DNA of 50,943 nt from Nemertoderma westbladi. Its lineage: Eukaryota > Animalia > Xenacoelomorpha. The position numbers were made by a program, and so were the translations under genes. The stretch lies in NCBI GenBank assembly GCA_032718475.1, contig JAUCBJ010004597.1:1-50943 (forward strand). Reading direction: 5' to 3'. Under the pieces are notes generated by a model. That model was not told the origin of the DNA and made no database searches. It saw only the letters and a program-made list of their open reading frames with translations. Shown one piece after another: positions 23,311 through 34,198 of the stretch. How positions within the stretch are numbered: the first letter of the stretch is position 1; every line of letters starts with the position of its first letter.

Positions 23311-25639
23311 GATCGAGTTATTAAGGTTAAAATATTGGAGCACCAGACCAACAGAACGACAGGTGTATTAATTAATTAATGCTAAGGCTCATGATACTTC
23401 GTGGCTCGCCCCACAATTCTAGTCTTTGTCAAATGTTAGATTGCTGATGACACATTATGGGGGTGCGTGGGGTGGGGGTTACATCTAATATATTTTATGG
23501 AAGGTGTTTGTTTAACGTTGATAGTATTTTACGTGGTTTTTTGTGTATTTTTTCATAAGAAAGAAATGCTTGAAGAAAGAAAATGTCCCCTTAAAATATA
23601 ATATTTGTGAAAGTACAGGTAGCAATTAATAACTTTTAGACACTCTATTTTTTATAAGAATGGCTTCGCTTTTGTAATAAAGACACTCCATCAGAACGCT
23701 AAATTCTTTCACTTACAAAAGTACAGAATGTTGTGTTGATAGTTATTACATAAAAAGTAAATGATGATGTGCCTGTAATAACAGAACTGTACAGGTAGTA
23801 CTTAACTCCTGTTGCTGAACAAATCGGTGTGGCGCTTGTTAGTAACGCTTATCCACTAACCTAGTTTTGGTACTGCAGGTGAAAGTCACTCCCGCCTGCA
23901 GTGGCCATCGTACAGGTGGTATGTATGTATGTGTTCACTGATTCACAGGTGATGTTGGGTTGTAGGGGTAGAGCACCTGATAAAATGTAAAATATGAAAA
24001 ATAATTACTGTAATTGCTTATAGCATAATCGGTTACTACTCGTTATACTTTATACATTTTTTAAAGTTTTACAATTCGAGAGGTAAAAGTTGGAAGTACC
24101 AGAGCTTGCTTCAAGCTTTTAGATCCCGAATTGTAAATCTATTAAACCCTTGTAAAGCCGGCGGAGGGGGTCTACATGAACCCACTTTTTGGTTTTCGGT
24201 TTTTTGTTATATGTGAAGGGATCCTGGTTGGCTAATGGAATCCCGACCGGATTGACTGATGTCTTAGTTCCTACGCGTCGCCGCTTTAACTGTTGTTGGA
24301 AAATACTGATGGCCGAAGGCCGGGTAAATAAAGAGTTTGTTGTTGATTGTCGTTGTTAATATATCAGAATTTACCGTTAGTATGATTACAGCACAAATCA
24401 GTATAATGTTATAGACAACAGACGGTGGAATCTATGCGACATCCTACATAAATGATAGTCAACTAAGCCAATAGGCAGCACGTGATACCAGCATATATGG
24501 ATATCAGCATATATATACTCAACACGTATGGCTGCCCAACGAATCGATACACATGATCTGGTAATTGCCATCTGTGGCCCTCCCATTGGTCGGCTTATCC
24601 TATCCTCACAATTCCTATGCACCTTTGGCTCTTGTTAGCCCCTATCCCCTGAGGTGTGTTTTTAAACCACCTCATGGATAACATTGTTACAAATGACATT
24701 ATCTGGTATGCATTATTGGTTGCATATCTCAACTGATTGATAAATCGGCTCACCCCCCATTTATTGGTTGGTAGTGTGCTACGGAATGGATCGGCTTGCA
24801 CTCCCCCCATGCTATCTTCTCAGTAAGATGATAGCATCAATGATAAGTGCTCTCCATTCAGGGGAATCCAATCTAGCATTGGATGTGGGGTTGAAATATA
24901 TTTTCACTGAGACCAGTCTCCCAATTTGTTCCCACTGGGTCTGGTCTCACTACCCTACCTTGTCACACCTGCGAGCTAAGTTGTTCCAGGGTATGTGGCG
25001 TCTCTATTTTAGATGATTGCACCTCCACACTCAATTTTAAATTGGGTACCGTTGGATCCGATCTGCCGATCCCCCAATTTCATCACTTCTCACTCACCTC
25101 ATTAGTCCCATAGGACTCATCTTCATCCTGGCTAGCTCCCCACACTTTCCTGGATGTTGCACCCTTCATCATTCAACCTCCCAAACGCACACAAACATTA
25201 CACGTTTCTAATCAACTTAATGCACTTTACTCCAGTCGGATCCCCACAATCCCATTTGTGAGGCCTCACTTGAGAAATGGTATCCATCCTATGTCTCATC
25301 CTCCTGTTTCAGTCAATGAGTCCCCCGTCCCAGTAGATAGTTGAGAAAGGTTACACTTGACTACATAATACATACTTGGTGATTATATTATCTAGATCTA
25401 AGCGTTAAAGGCAGGAGTGTTCTTGAAACATTAGTTTGTAGTCGATGATGCCTTCCAGGCATATTGATGTTATCCCGTCAGTTTAGAGCTTTCTTCCCAT
25501 TCAGTTCGGAAACCATCGCAGATCTTTACCTCTGTCATCATCCTGCCTCGGGTGTTTCCTATTGTGCCACTGGTTCTTCATTGCGGTTGTACGTGCTGCA
25601 TGACCCTGCTGATCCCTGTGGTTGGTTCTTTGGGCGGGG

Positions 25640-28600
25640 CCATTATCGTCTCTCAAATATCGTTTTGCTGGTGATCCCATCAGGTGCCCTTCTTGTCCAC
25701 CCCTTGTGGCATCCCACATGATGATCCTCATCTCGCGGGAATGTGTTCTTTAAAGAATCCCCTAAACTCTGCTTTCCTTTCCACCAACCACCTACCCAGG
25801 TATCATTGGGTGTTGGTAGCCCCTCCAAGCGATGCTGCTGTAAACCCCTTTCTGGTAAGTAAAGGGTATCTTCCTGTGAATCAGCTCGTGATGGGTTTCC
25901 TTGTTGAAATTGAAGAAGTCCCACCGGAATTCTTGGGCCTTTTTCCTTTGTTTCGTCATCAACCCCACATCCGCCCAATGTTCGAACACCTGAAATTTCT
26001 CCCCATTTCCCATTCCGTTGCAGTGGCGCTCGAAATGGCCATGGAACTTCCACTTATCACATCTGTAGTGTAGTTCCGGAGATGCACCCATGGTATGCCT
26101 GAAGTCGCGACAATACTTATGGCTCACTCCTTTATTGTATCGATATGGACAGTTCTTTCTTTGGTGGATTAATCACCCACAGTAGTCGCAGCCATCTATT
26201 ATGGCTTGCCTCCCGAACTCGTCCTTCTCACTATGCGTCCGTTTGGGTTTGTGGAGTCATTGATATATAAACATTTCAATGTTCGCATTGCGACCCATAT
26301 CTATCTCTGTTTCCTCCCTCAGCACCACTCAGCGCCGAATACTACTTGCAGTGCCATTCCAGGTTGTTCCCCTAGTCTGATCGCCACTGCCGTGAAGTCG
26401 GTTACTGGTTCTCCATGTTCCCGAGCTCTTTTACCTGGGACATCCCATAAACCTCTCGCCCCGCTGGCTGTCACCACTCTTCCATCTACCCAGTCCGTAT
26501 CTGCCGGCCCAATCTGTTCTATCAGCGACATTTCCCCGATCTCATCCTGTTCCATCCTTTCCAATGGGCATGGTTCCAGGCCTGGAATTATTTCCGATCC
26601 TGATATCTTTCTCTGGACCAGTTCTTGTATGAGAACTCCCCACGTCCGCTCTCGACCTCTTCCTTGCATAGTTGCTCTCGGACCCCGCAGGTATTGGCAT
26701 CATCTGCAATCAAGACATTGATTGAATTGGTGATCCCTTAGGATATCTCGGCATCCTTCCCTCTTCCTCCTCAAACCAAAACCCGCTAGAACTAGAGCCC
26801 TCCGAGGGCCATCTCAACTTATCCAGGTCGTGCACCCGAATTCATACTCGTCCTCCCATCCTTTCTCTATCTCATACTCTCATCCTCTCTCATTCTCTCC
26901 CTGCCGCATCCTTTCTTTCTCTCCTAGCGGCCTCTTCCTCCCTGTATTCCTCTTCTCGATCTGCCTCCTTCTTCTCCCATCATTGGAATGCTCGATCTGC
27001 CTCCTTCTTCTCCCATCATTGGAATGGTGTATCTATGCCTCTAACCACTAGATGCCTTTTATTATAGTATAACCGACTCACCTTTCCATCCCGGGTGGTC
27101 TGCAAGATCTTCCAGAGGTACCTTAACCCTATTAAACCCGGGGGGGGGGGGGGGGGGTCAATATGACCACCCCCCGTGGTTTTTTTATTATAATTCTGAA
27201 ACATACGCAGTTGGGAATCTGAAATTTTATGACTTTTTCTAAAAATCTATTGTCTTCCTAGTAGTGAAAACCGTTTTCAAAAATATTGGGTACTTTTCGA
27301 GTTATAGCACCATTTTTTAACCCTACTTTTGGCACTTTTTTTGAGACGTTTTTTGAAAATTACATTTCATTAAATATGAATTGTAACATCTCTATTTTAG
27401 ATTTACAACGGTTTTTTGGTGTTAGAAATTGGATGGAATTCATATAAATTGATTTAGAAATTTCAAACTTGTTTTTTTCGGTGGGTGCCAAATTTTGGTG
27501 CCAGTACCAAATTTTAAAATAAGTCAATTTTGTAAATTGATTGTTTGAAACTTGTTTTTTACGCAATTGGGGTTTTTTGGGGTTCTGGATTCGATGAAAT
27601 ATATACGAGTTGCACCAAGCGTATCGAACTTGTATTTTTCGGTGCTGTGTGCAAATTTTGGTGCAAGCACGAAATTTTGAAAATCCATTCAATAGATAAA
27701 ATTGCTTGTGACAATTTATTTCTTGCGTTTTAGAGGTTTATGGCTGTTCTGAATTCAATGGAAAATATAATTATCGAACTAGACATCTCAAACTTGTATT
27801 TTTCGGATGTGGGTGCAAAATGTGGTGCTAGCCCCAAATTTTGAAAACCATCAAATATATCAATTGATTGTGTCACCTTGTTTCTTGCGTTATACGGGTT
27901 TGTGATGGTTCTGAATTCAATGGAATCAGTAAAAATTCCATAAGAGTTCTCAAACTTGTATTTTTCGCCGGTGGGTGAAAATTGTTGTGCCAGCACCAAA
28001 TTTTGGAAAATATTCAAATTGATAAGTAGATAGTATCACCTTGTTTCTTGCGTTATACGGGTTTATGAGGGTCCTGAATCCGATGGAATCAATAAAAACA
28101 GCACTGGACATCGCAAACTTGTAGTTTTTGGTGATGGGTACGAAACTTGGTGCTAGCACCAAAATTTGCCAAATTACGCCGAAAAATACAAGTAGCAATG
28201 ATCTGGCATATTAGAAATGTATTCCATTAGAATCAGCGCCCTCGAAAACATGAAAATGTGAATTTATAGCATAGTATAAGTGAATTAAAAATTTTGTGTT
28301 CTAACTGAAAAGTGCTGGTTACTTGTTTTTTTCATTTATTTCCTACGCAGAGAGGACTAAACAGCCATTTATAGTAATCATATCATTTTTAAATATTTTC
28401 CAATGTATTTTGCACCCCAGAAAACCTGTATTGAAAAATAATTAGCCGAAAATGTAACTTTCAAATTTTGTGAAAATTGTGCACTACTTGTAATTTTAGT
28501 GCTGCAATATAACCACCCCAGTACATTTTTTCGAAATTTTTTTTTTCTATATATATACCTACGTACAAACAAAAAATCAGACGTTTTCGTAATTATTTGT

Positions 28601-29649
28601 GGATTTTAGAGAGGAGGGTCAATATGACCCCCCCCCCCCCCCGGTATTTGTACAACATTTTATAGCCCGGTACTAATAGGGCTAAAGGCTCTCCTATGGC
28701 TCAGTGTTGATCCTAAAAGTAGAAATGCTGTCGGCTCCTTGCCAATGACCACCATTACGAACAGGTTCACCAACCTGATCATTATCCAATCCTCCTGCAA
28801 GATGTATTCTGGTCCAACTTGATTACCCCCTTTCGGAATTGATATATCTCTTCCCTCCTCGGCCTGAGTGAGTTTTGAGTGAGACCATCAGTTCCACTCC
28901 ATTTTCTCCTCGGAACTTCTTCCACTCCATTGGTTTATGAGACACGAGTCCCATCAGTTGTCCCATGGCTACGGCAACATATTGTCCCATATTCTCCACC
29001 AATCCCAGCCCGTCTGGTTTCGTCATAGCCATGTAGATTACCTGCATGTCCAGAAGGCTCGGGGTGTTTGGTCCAATGATCCGTTCCGCGTCGTCACGGA
29101 TTGCCGATCTGATCTTGACCATCAACTTGGTCCTAACTAACTACTGGACGGCTTCCAGCAGGTTTAGTTTAGGCCCGTCCTTCTTTCTATAGGTCCCCAA
29201 GTCGAACAGAAAAATATCTCCCTTCAGCACTGCCATATGCAGCAATATGGTTCTACCCGACCCCATTGACTCCCTCCTTGTCTCCTCATGATCCTCTACG
29301 GTCCCTCATCGTCCAAGACTATGCAGCATTCCCTCTCTATTGACTCCATAAACTTCTTCCATTCCTTCCTCGGTAAATTTCTCTTATGAGTCAGGATCCC
29401 AAAGGAGGCTTCTTTCTCTTTCACGACATAGTGGAAATGCTCGTTGATCGCAGTGTCTAACAATGGCGTCCCGTAGATCCCCACGTGCAGGCTCCGATAG
29501 TGATCCTGCAGTCCGTGTGCTTTCTGGCTCTTATGGAGTCGCTGGTAGTACTTCCTTGACTTATTCTCCGGCTCCCTCCTGGTGAAATCGACTAACAAGT
29601 CCTTCTCGCTCTTTTCCAACATTCTCTTCTAGAGTCATTTCTCCGCCAT
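25640..29649 (-). pseudogene. Decayed ORF B, divergent homologue of ORF A (exonuclease, charged linker, three CCHC-type knuckles, shared C-terminal domain), split by a piggyBac MITE
   Basis: EWKKFMESIERECCIVLDDEG (A: FWDTFRRSVYKSRCLIYDNEG); LLHMAVLKGDIFLFDL; LVRTKLMVKIRSAIRDDAERI; LLDMQ; EYILQED. FGRQAIIDGCDYCG*LIHQRKNCP (A: FGQEMQLDVCSSCG). KYCRDFRH..PELHYRCDKWKFHGH (A: PYCATPGH..PTLYNVCTTCSFRGH). FEHWADVGLMTKQR..KIPFTY (A: FETYANVHVKTRA..TLPFHY). 3' boundary approximate. Confidence 0.75.
27127..28681 (+). mobile_element. piggyBac-like MITE, copy 2
   Basis: TTAA at 27123-27126, CCCTATTAAACCCGG ... CCGGTACTAATAGGG, right TSD mutated to CTAA (28682-28685). Colinear with copy 1. Removal restores the ORF B reading ...HRRAFKVPLEDLAD... 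Confidence 0.9.
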
Positions 29650-29671
29650 CCCTATCTTTCTCTCACCAAAC

Positions 29672-30557
29672 TGATGGTGGCGCCTTGGAAAGGCTCAGTA
29701 GGGCAAGAGACAACTAATTTTATTCCAATCAGTATTATCAGAGATGGCCTACACTCCTTTTCGCCTTATTCTACAATTATTTTCAAGTGTCAATTTTCCC
29801 TACATTCGCAATTTTGTCCATCTAGAATTTTATTTTTCTAGCTCCTACGTTTTCTTCATTTTGGTGTAATTATTTATTTCTACATTTTCGTTACTCATTA
29901 AGTAACGCTACATCAATTCCATCAATTACTTTGTAAGTAATTCTTCACTACTTATTGTTTAGCTTACAGAAAAGACTAGCTACAATTACTTCTATTGTTA
30001 TACTACCTTTCCACCAGACAGCTTCCTGGGTCAGTAGCAATACTGTAAGTCTGCACCCTATGTTAAGCGTTATAGTAGTCTAGCTTATGCAGCCTACACC
30101 AGCTAGCCTATCACGCCTATATATCCATTAAACCCCTCACGTGGCGCCCTCAGTGCCCACAATAGTACCTATTATCTACTAGTATTGCTCCCATTGACCC
30201 AGCATCCCATAGTACACTCTATCTATGGTGGTATGTTAGTACCCTTCTAATCCTAAGTATGGTCCCATTGACCCGGCATTCCATAGTACACTCTATCTAT
30301 GGGGTAGTACTTATGTACTCATCTAATCCTAAACATGGTATTTATGTACCCTTCTATTCTTAGTTTTCCCATAGTACACTCTATCTATGGGTAGTACGTA
30401 TGTACTCTTCTGGCTTATGTAATTATGTACATTAGTACAGGTGTACTCATCAGACGTACCTTGTATGTACATTAGTATGTATGTACTCATCTAAACCTAG
30501 TTATATTTTTATTTATTTATTTTAATTCATTTTTGTGGGTAGGGGGTATCGCCCTCA
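29672..30557 (-). repeat. Putative LTR B (~886 bp, TGA...TCA) between a BEL integrase C-terminus and exonuclease ORF B
   Basis: Minus strand: PPT-like GAGGGGGGTGGGAA, then TGAGGGCG; internal tandem repeats (CCCATAGTACACTCTATCTATGG on the + strand, ~30200-30400); AATAAA ~45-50 bp before the end ...CGCCACCATCA; then GTT, TGG (29668), and an ATG at 29649. No second copy in the window. Confidence 0.55.
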
Positions 30558-30591
30558 TTCCCACCCCCCTCAGTGTAATTTATTGGACGAT

Positions 30592-30895
30592 TCAACTAAT
30601 GTAGGGTGATTCTTCCAGCAGGCAACACTTTCCTACTGCCCTATTGTAAGTTTTCCTGTCTTTCGCTCCAATCTTCACGCCAATCCTGAATTTCCTGACT
30701 TTCCTGACTCTCCTGATCCTGATCTGACATTCCCATCTACTCCGGGATAGCACTCGATGACTCTGGCGAGTCTCCACTGATTGTTGATGACCGTGACATC
30801 CATCACTATTATTAAGTCGCCTTTCTTCAGCTCTCGTTTATTATTCTTCCAATTACTCCTCTTATGCAACGTCGGTAGTGATTTGGTTATAATTT
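30592..30895 (-). pseudogene. C-terminal fragment of a BEL/Pao integrase
   Basis: LPTLHKRSNWKNNKRELKKGDLIIVMD..NNQWRLARVIECYPGVDGNVR..KTYNRAVGKCCLLEE. Confidence 0.85.
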
Positions 30896-30899
30896 GAAT

Positions 30900-33579
30900 A
30901 CCATGAGGAACTCATTAAATGCATGGAAAGGATAGGTATAAACATAAATCCTGTTGAGCAGGAAGAATACATAAAGACGGAATATCAACAAATGAGACAA
31001 GTTATAATTAATGCTAAAGCATATAATAAGAGTACATGCATGGCCATTGAACAGAGAGAAAGAAATAATACTATAAAGAGTTTCCAATTGAATTTCAGAA
31101 TTTCAGCAGAAGGTCCCAGTGGAAAAATTGAGATTCACATGAAAAGCCTTCAAGATGATGTTTCAGAATCACATATTGAATAGAACCACCAAGAATTGTA
31201 CATTGAGCTGGAAAGTGTAAAAGGTTTATATACAAAATTCACCACACTCATTAATGAATGCGAAGATGAAGAAATTGTGCTAAGGAATATTATGCATGAG
31301 ATTGGGAGGGCAAGTAATCAAACTATAGAATATCTAGATAAGCAATCCGGAAATACCAATTTAACACAACACGATTTACACCAGATTTGTCTATGACAAG
31401 AGATAAAGTTTACCATGGCAGAGTAAAACTCGAAGCAGTTCCCATTCCAACATTTCTGGAGGTTACACCAATTGGCCAACATTTATAAGCACTTGGAAAA
31501 GGATTGTAGAAAAACATTATTCTCCCGAATTTTGGAGTACAATGCTGAAGGAGAAATTAAAGGGAGAAGCTTCAAAGTTAGTGTCCGCATGTGATGATGA
31601 TTATGAAGAAATGATAAGGCGCCTTTCAAGGAAATGTGGTGATAGGAAGAAGGTCAGTTAATCAATATTGGCTGAAATTAAAAACATTAGACCATTAGAG
31701 AATGAAAATCATGCGGATTTATAAATTTTATTAATTGTATTGAAAAGGCTGACATGAAATTAAAGCAACTGGATATGATCAGGAAATGAGCACATCGGGC
31801 TCTATGGCTGAAATTTAAAAACTATTACCTGATGATGTCCGAAATGAGTGGGTAAGGTATATTACTGATAAGGATGATGAGGTAAGAGCTAATCCTTATC
31901 CATTAATGATTCCTTTCTTATTAAGAGAAAAAGAATGTGTAGAAAAAATTTATTTAATGCATCTAGATCGAATGTTAAAAAACAAATAAATAATGTATCG
32001 AGTCACTTTCAAGAGGTAGAGAAAGTTCAACATGATGAAGAGCCAAGTCCTATACCAAATTTCCAAAATCCAACCATAATTTGTTTCAAATGTAATTACG
32101 GTGGCTATATTTCTCGCCAATGTCCTATGAATAAAAAATATTTCACCTGTTGTGCTTGCAATAGCAATGAACATTTGAATAACAACACCTGTGAAAAATT
32201 TTTATCGCTTACACCTAAAGAAAGAAAGGAATTACTTAAAAGACAAAGTAGTTGTTATAGATGTTTTGGAAGACATTTTATCGCCGCTTGTAAAGGGTTT
32301 AGTAGTTGTAAAAGATGTGGTAATTCGGGGCATCATACAGTGCTTTGCTTTCATAAGGAAGATATCACTGGAAGAGTATCTTCTGGTTTGGTAGAAAATT
32401 CATGGCCAAATCTAGAGCAAGATAATAAGGATATTGGATCTGATGCAAATACTATGTTAAACATTATGTCTGTTACAGGACCTCACTTAAAGAGTAAAGT
32501 AAACATACTCTGGGATCCAGGAAGTACTGGATTGTTTATTACCAATAAGTGTGCGGAACGATTCAAATTCCCAAGTAAAGATTGTAAGGAAGAGTAAAGA
32601 TCATCTCCAACCAGACAGCCCATGACTTTCTTGAGACGCATCTTAAAGGACACTGGCCTTGAAGATGCGGATGATCTAGCAATTGTCATGGGTGATAGGG
32701 AGTTGTGGCGGTGCAATTTTGTTGACAAGCCGGCACAGCATTCTTAAAAATGCAGCTGCAATGCAGCATGCCGATCCTAGTAGTAGTAGTAAGTGGTTGA
32801 TGTACGAGTTTTACAAGGTCATATTGAAACAATAGAAACTCGAGTTTATACCATTACTATACATGATCGTAATAATAAACCTCATGTATGCCAAGCTTAT
32901 GGGATAGATGTAATATCAAATAATATATCACCAGTGAATATGGAAGTCACACAAAATATATTTTCTACTACACCAATTAACGATTTGAGACGACCTACCA
33001 GTGAAATAGATATTCTAATTGGGAATTATAAAGCGGGATAAAGCGGGATAAGCGGGATAAGCGGGACGGCATGGAACAAAGCATAAAGTCGGATAGTAAA
33101 CACTTGCTTATTCTAGAGAATATATTTGGAAGATGTTGGGGAGGATCGCGCACCCATCCATCACGGAACTGACAATAAAGAAAATGCATAATTGGATAGA
33201 TGCAAATCATCATGTATGGGTAAGTGCTGTGACTGTATCGAATTATCACATTGAGTTATTACCAAATTAGTGTAATTTCGGAATTTCGGAAGTAGTTCCG
33301 AAATGTGGAGGATGTCGCTGTGGTAAATGCCCCAGATCTGGTCATACTTACAGCTTCAGAGAGCTTGAAGCCTTTAATCCTAATAGCTCCACTACTCCTG
33401 TACGAATTGTATTTGATAGCAGTCGAAGAGCAGGGAAATATTCCTTGAATAGTTGTTTAGCCAAAGGACCAGGATTTGCAGGTTTAGAGAGGGTCATTTT
33501 GCAATGCAAGCTGACATAAGAAAGATGTACAATTCAGTGGATATTGAAATTCAAGATCAACATTGTCATAGATTTCTCT
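30900..33579 (+). pseudogene. Old BEL/Pao element, gag-protease-RT part (host of later insertions)
   Basis: VKLEAVPIPTFSGGYTNWPTF..LKGEASKLV; knuckles CCACNSNEH, CYRCFGRH, CKRCGNSGHHTVLC; protease LWDPGSTGLFI..IDILIG; PKCGGCRCGKC; TTPVRIVFDSS..SLNSCLAKGP..ADIRKMYNSV..CHRFL. Many stops and deletions. Confidence 0.9.
32598..32790 (+). mobile_element. 5'-truncated RTE 3' end with (TAG)n tail, inserted in the BEL protease region
   Basis: Highly similar to the reverse complement of ~19660-19825 (CCCATGACTTTCTTGAGACGCATCTTAAAGGACACTGGCCTTGAAGA...GCATGCCGATCC), followed by TAGTAGTAGTAG. BEL coding resumes VVDVRVLQG. Confidence 0.9.
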
Positions 33580-33755
33580 TCCATTCAATGGATAAAATTG
33601 CTTGTGACAATTTATTTATTGCGTTTTAGAGGTTTATGGCTGTTCTAAATTCAATGGAAAATATAATTATCGAACTAGACATCTCTAACTTGTATTTTTC
33701 GGAAGTGGGTGCAAAATGTGGTGCTAGCACCAAATTTTGAAAACCATCAAATATA

Positions 33756-34094
33756 TGTTATGTAATGTGATCTGTAATAATGAAACCAATACGTAGTAAA
33801 TTGCAATACATTGTTTAAATTGATTAGCCAACACACTAAGTATATAATGTTTGCCCCAGAAATAAATCCGCGTAAAGTCTATCCATAGAAGCCATTAATT
33901 AACTGTAATGTGCAAATTAATTAGACTAACCATATGTTAACCTCACAGTTTGTGCAGTACGTAATATATAGTTGTTAAAGAATGTATTCTAACTAGTGCC
34001 AAATTGAGTTCCAATATATAGTATCTTTCCGTATTTAGTACACTATTATTTTCCATTCCATAAATGGACTTCCACTTGGGGAAGATCCACAACA
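33756..34094 (+). repeat. 5' LTR (339 bp)
   Basis: TGTTATGTAATG...GATCCACAACA. By eye it differs from the 3' LTR only by a 1 bp and a 2 bp indel. Confidence 0.97.
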
Positions 34095-34096
34095 AT

Positions 34097-34106
34097 TGGC
34101 GCCCGA
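34097..34106 (+). promoter_or_regulatory. Primer-binding site, probably tRNA-Lys
   Basis: TGGCGCCCGA 2 nt after the LTR matches the first 10 nt of the classical Lys3 PBS (TGGCGCCCGAACAGGGAC). Confidence 0.7.
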
Positions 34107-34198
34107 TATTAAAAACTCATTTAGTTCATTAAATAAATACATTACATTATTGTGTAAACTGTTCATCGTCATTATTCGGCAAGTTCATTACATTCACA

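Noticed and set aside
24205-24366. Solo LTR (TGTTATAT...AATAAA...ATATCA)
   Set aside because: No TSD, no second copy and no match to LTR B; too weak to call.
33030-33066. (GCGGGATAA)x4, plus similar micro-duplications at ~30690-30726 and ~26955-27027
   Set aside because: Local slippage duplications in dead elements; no sign of function.
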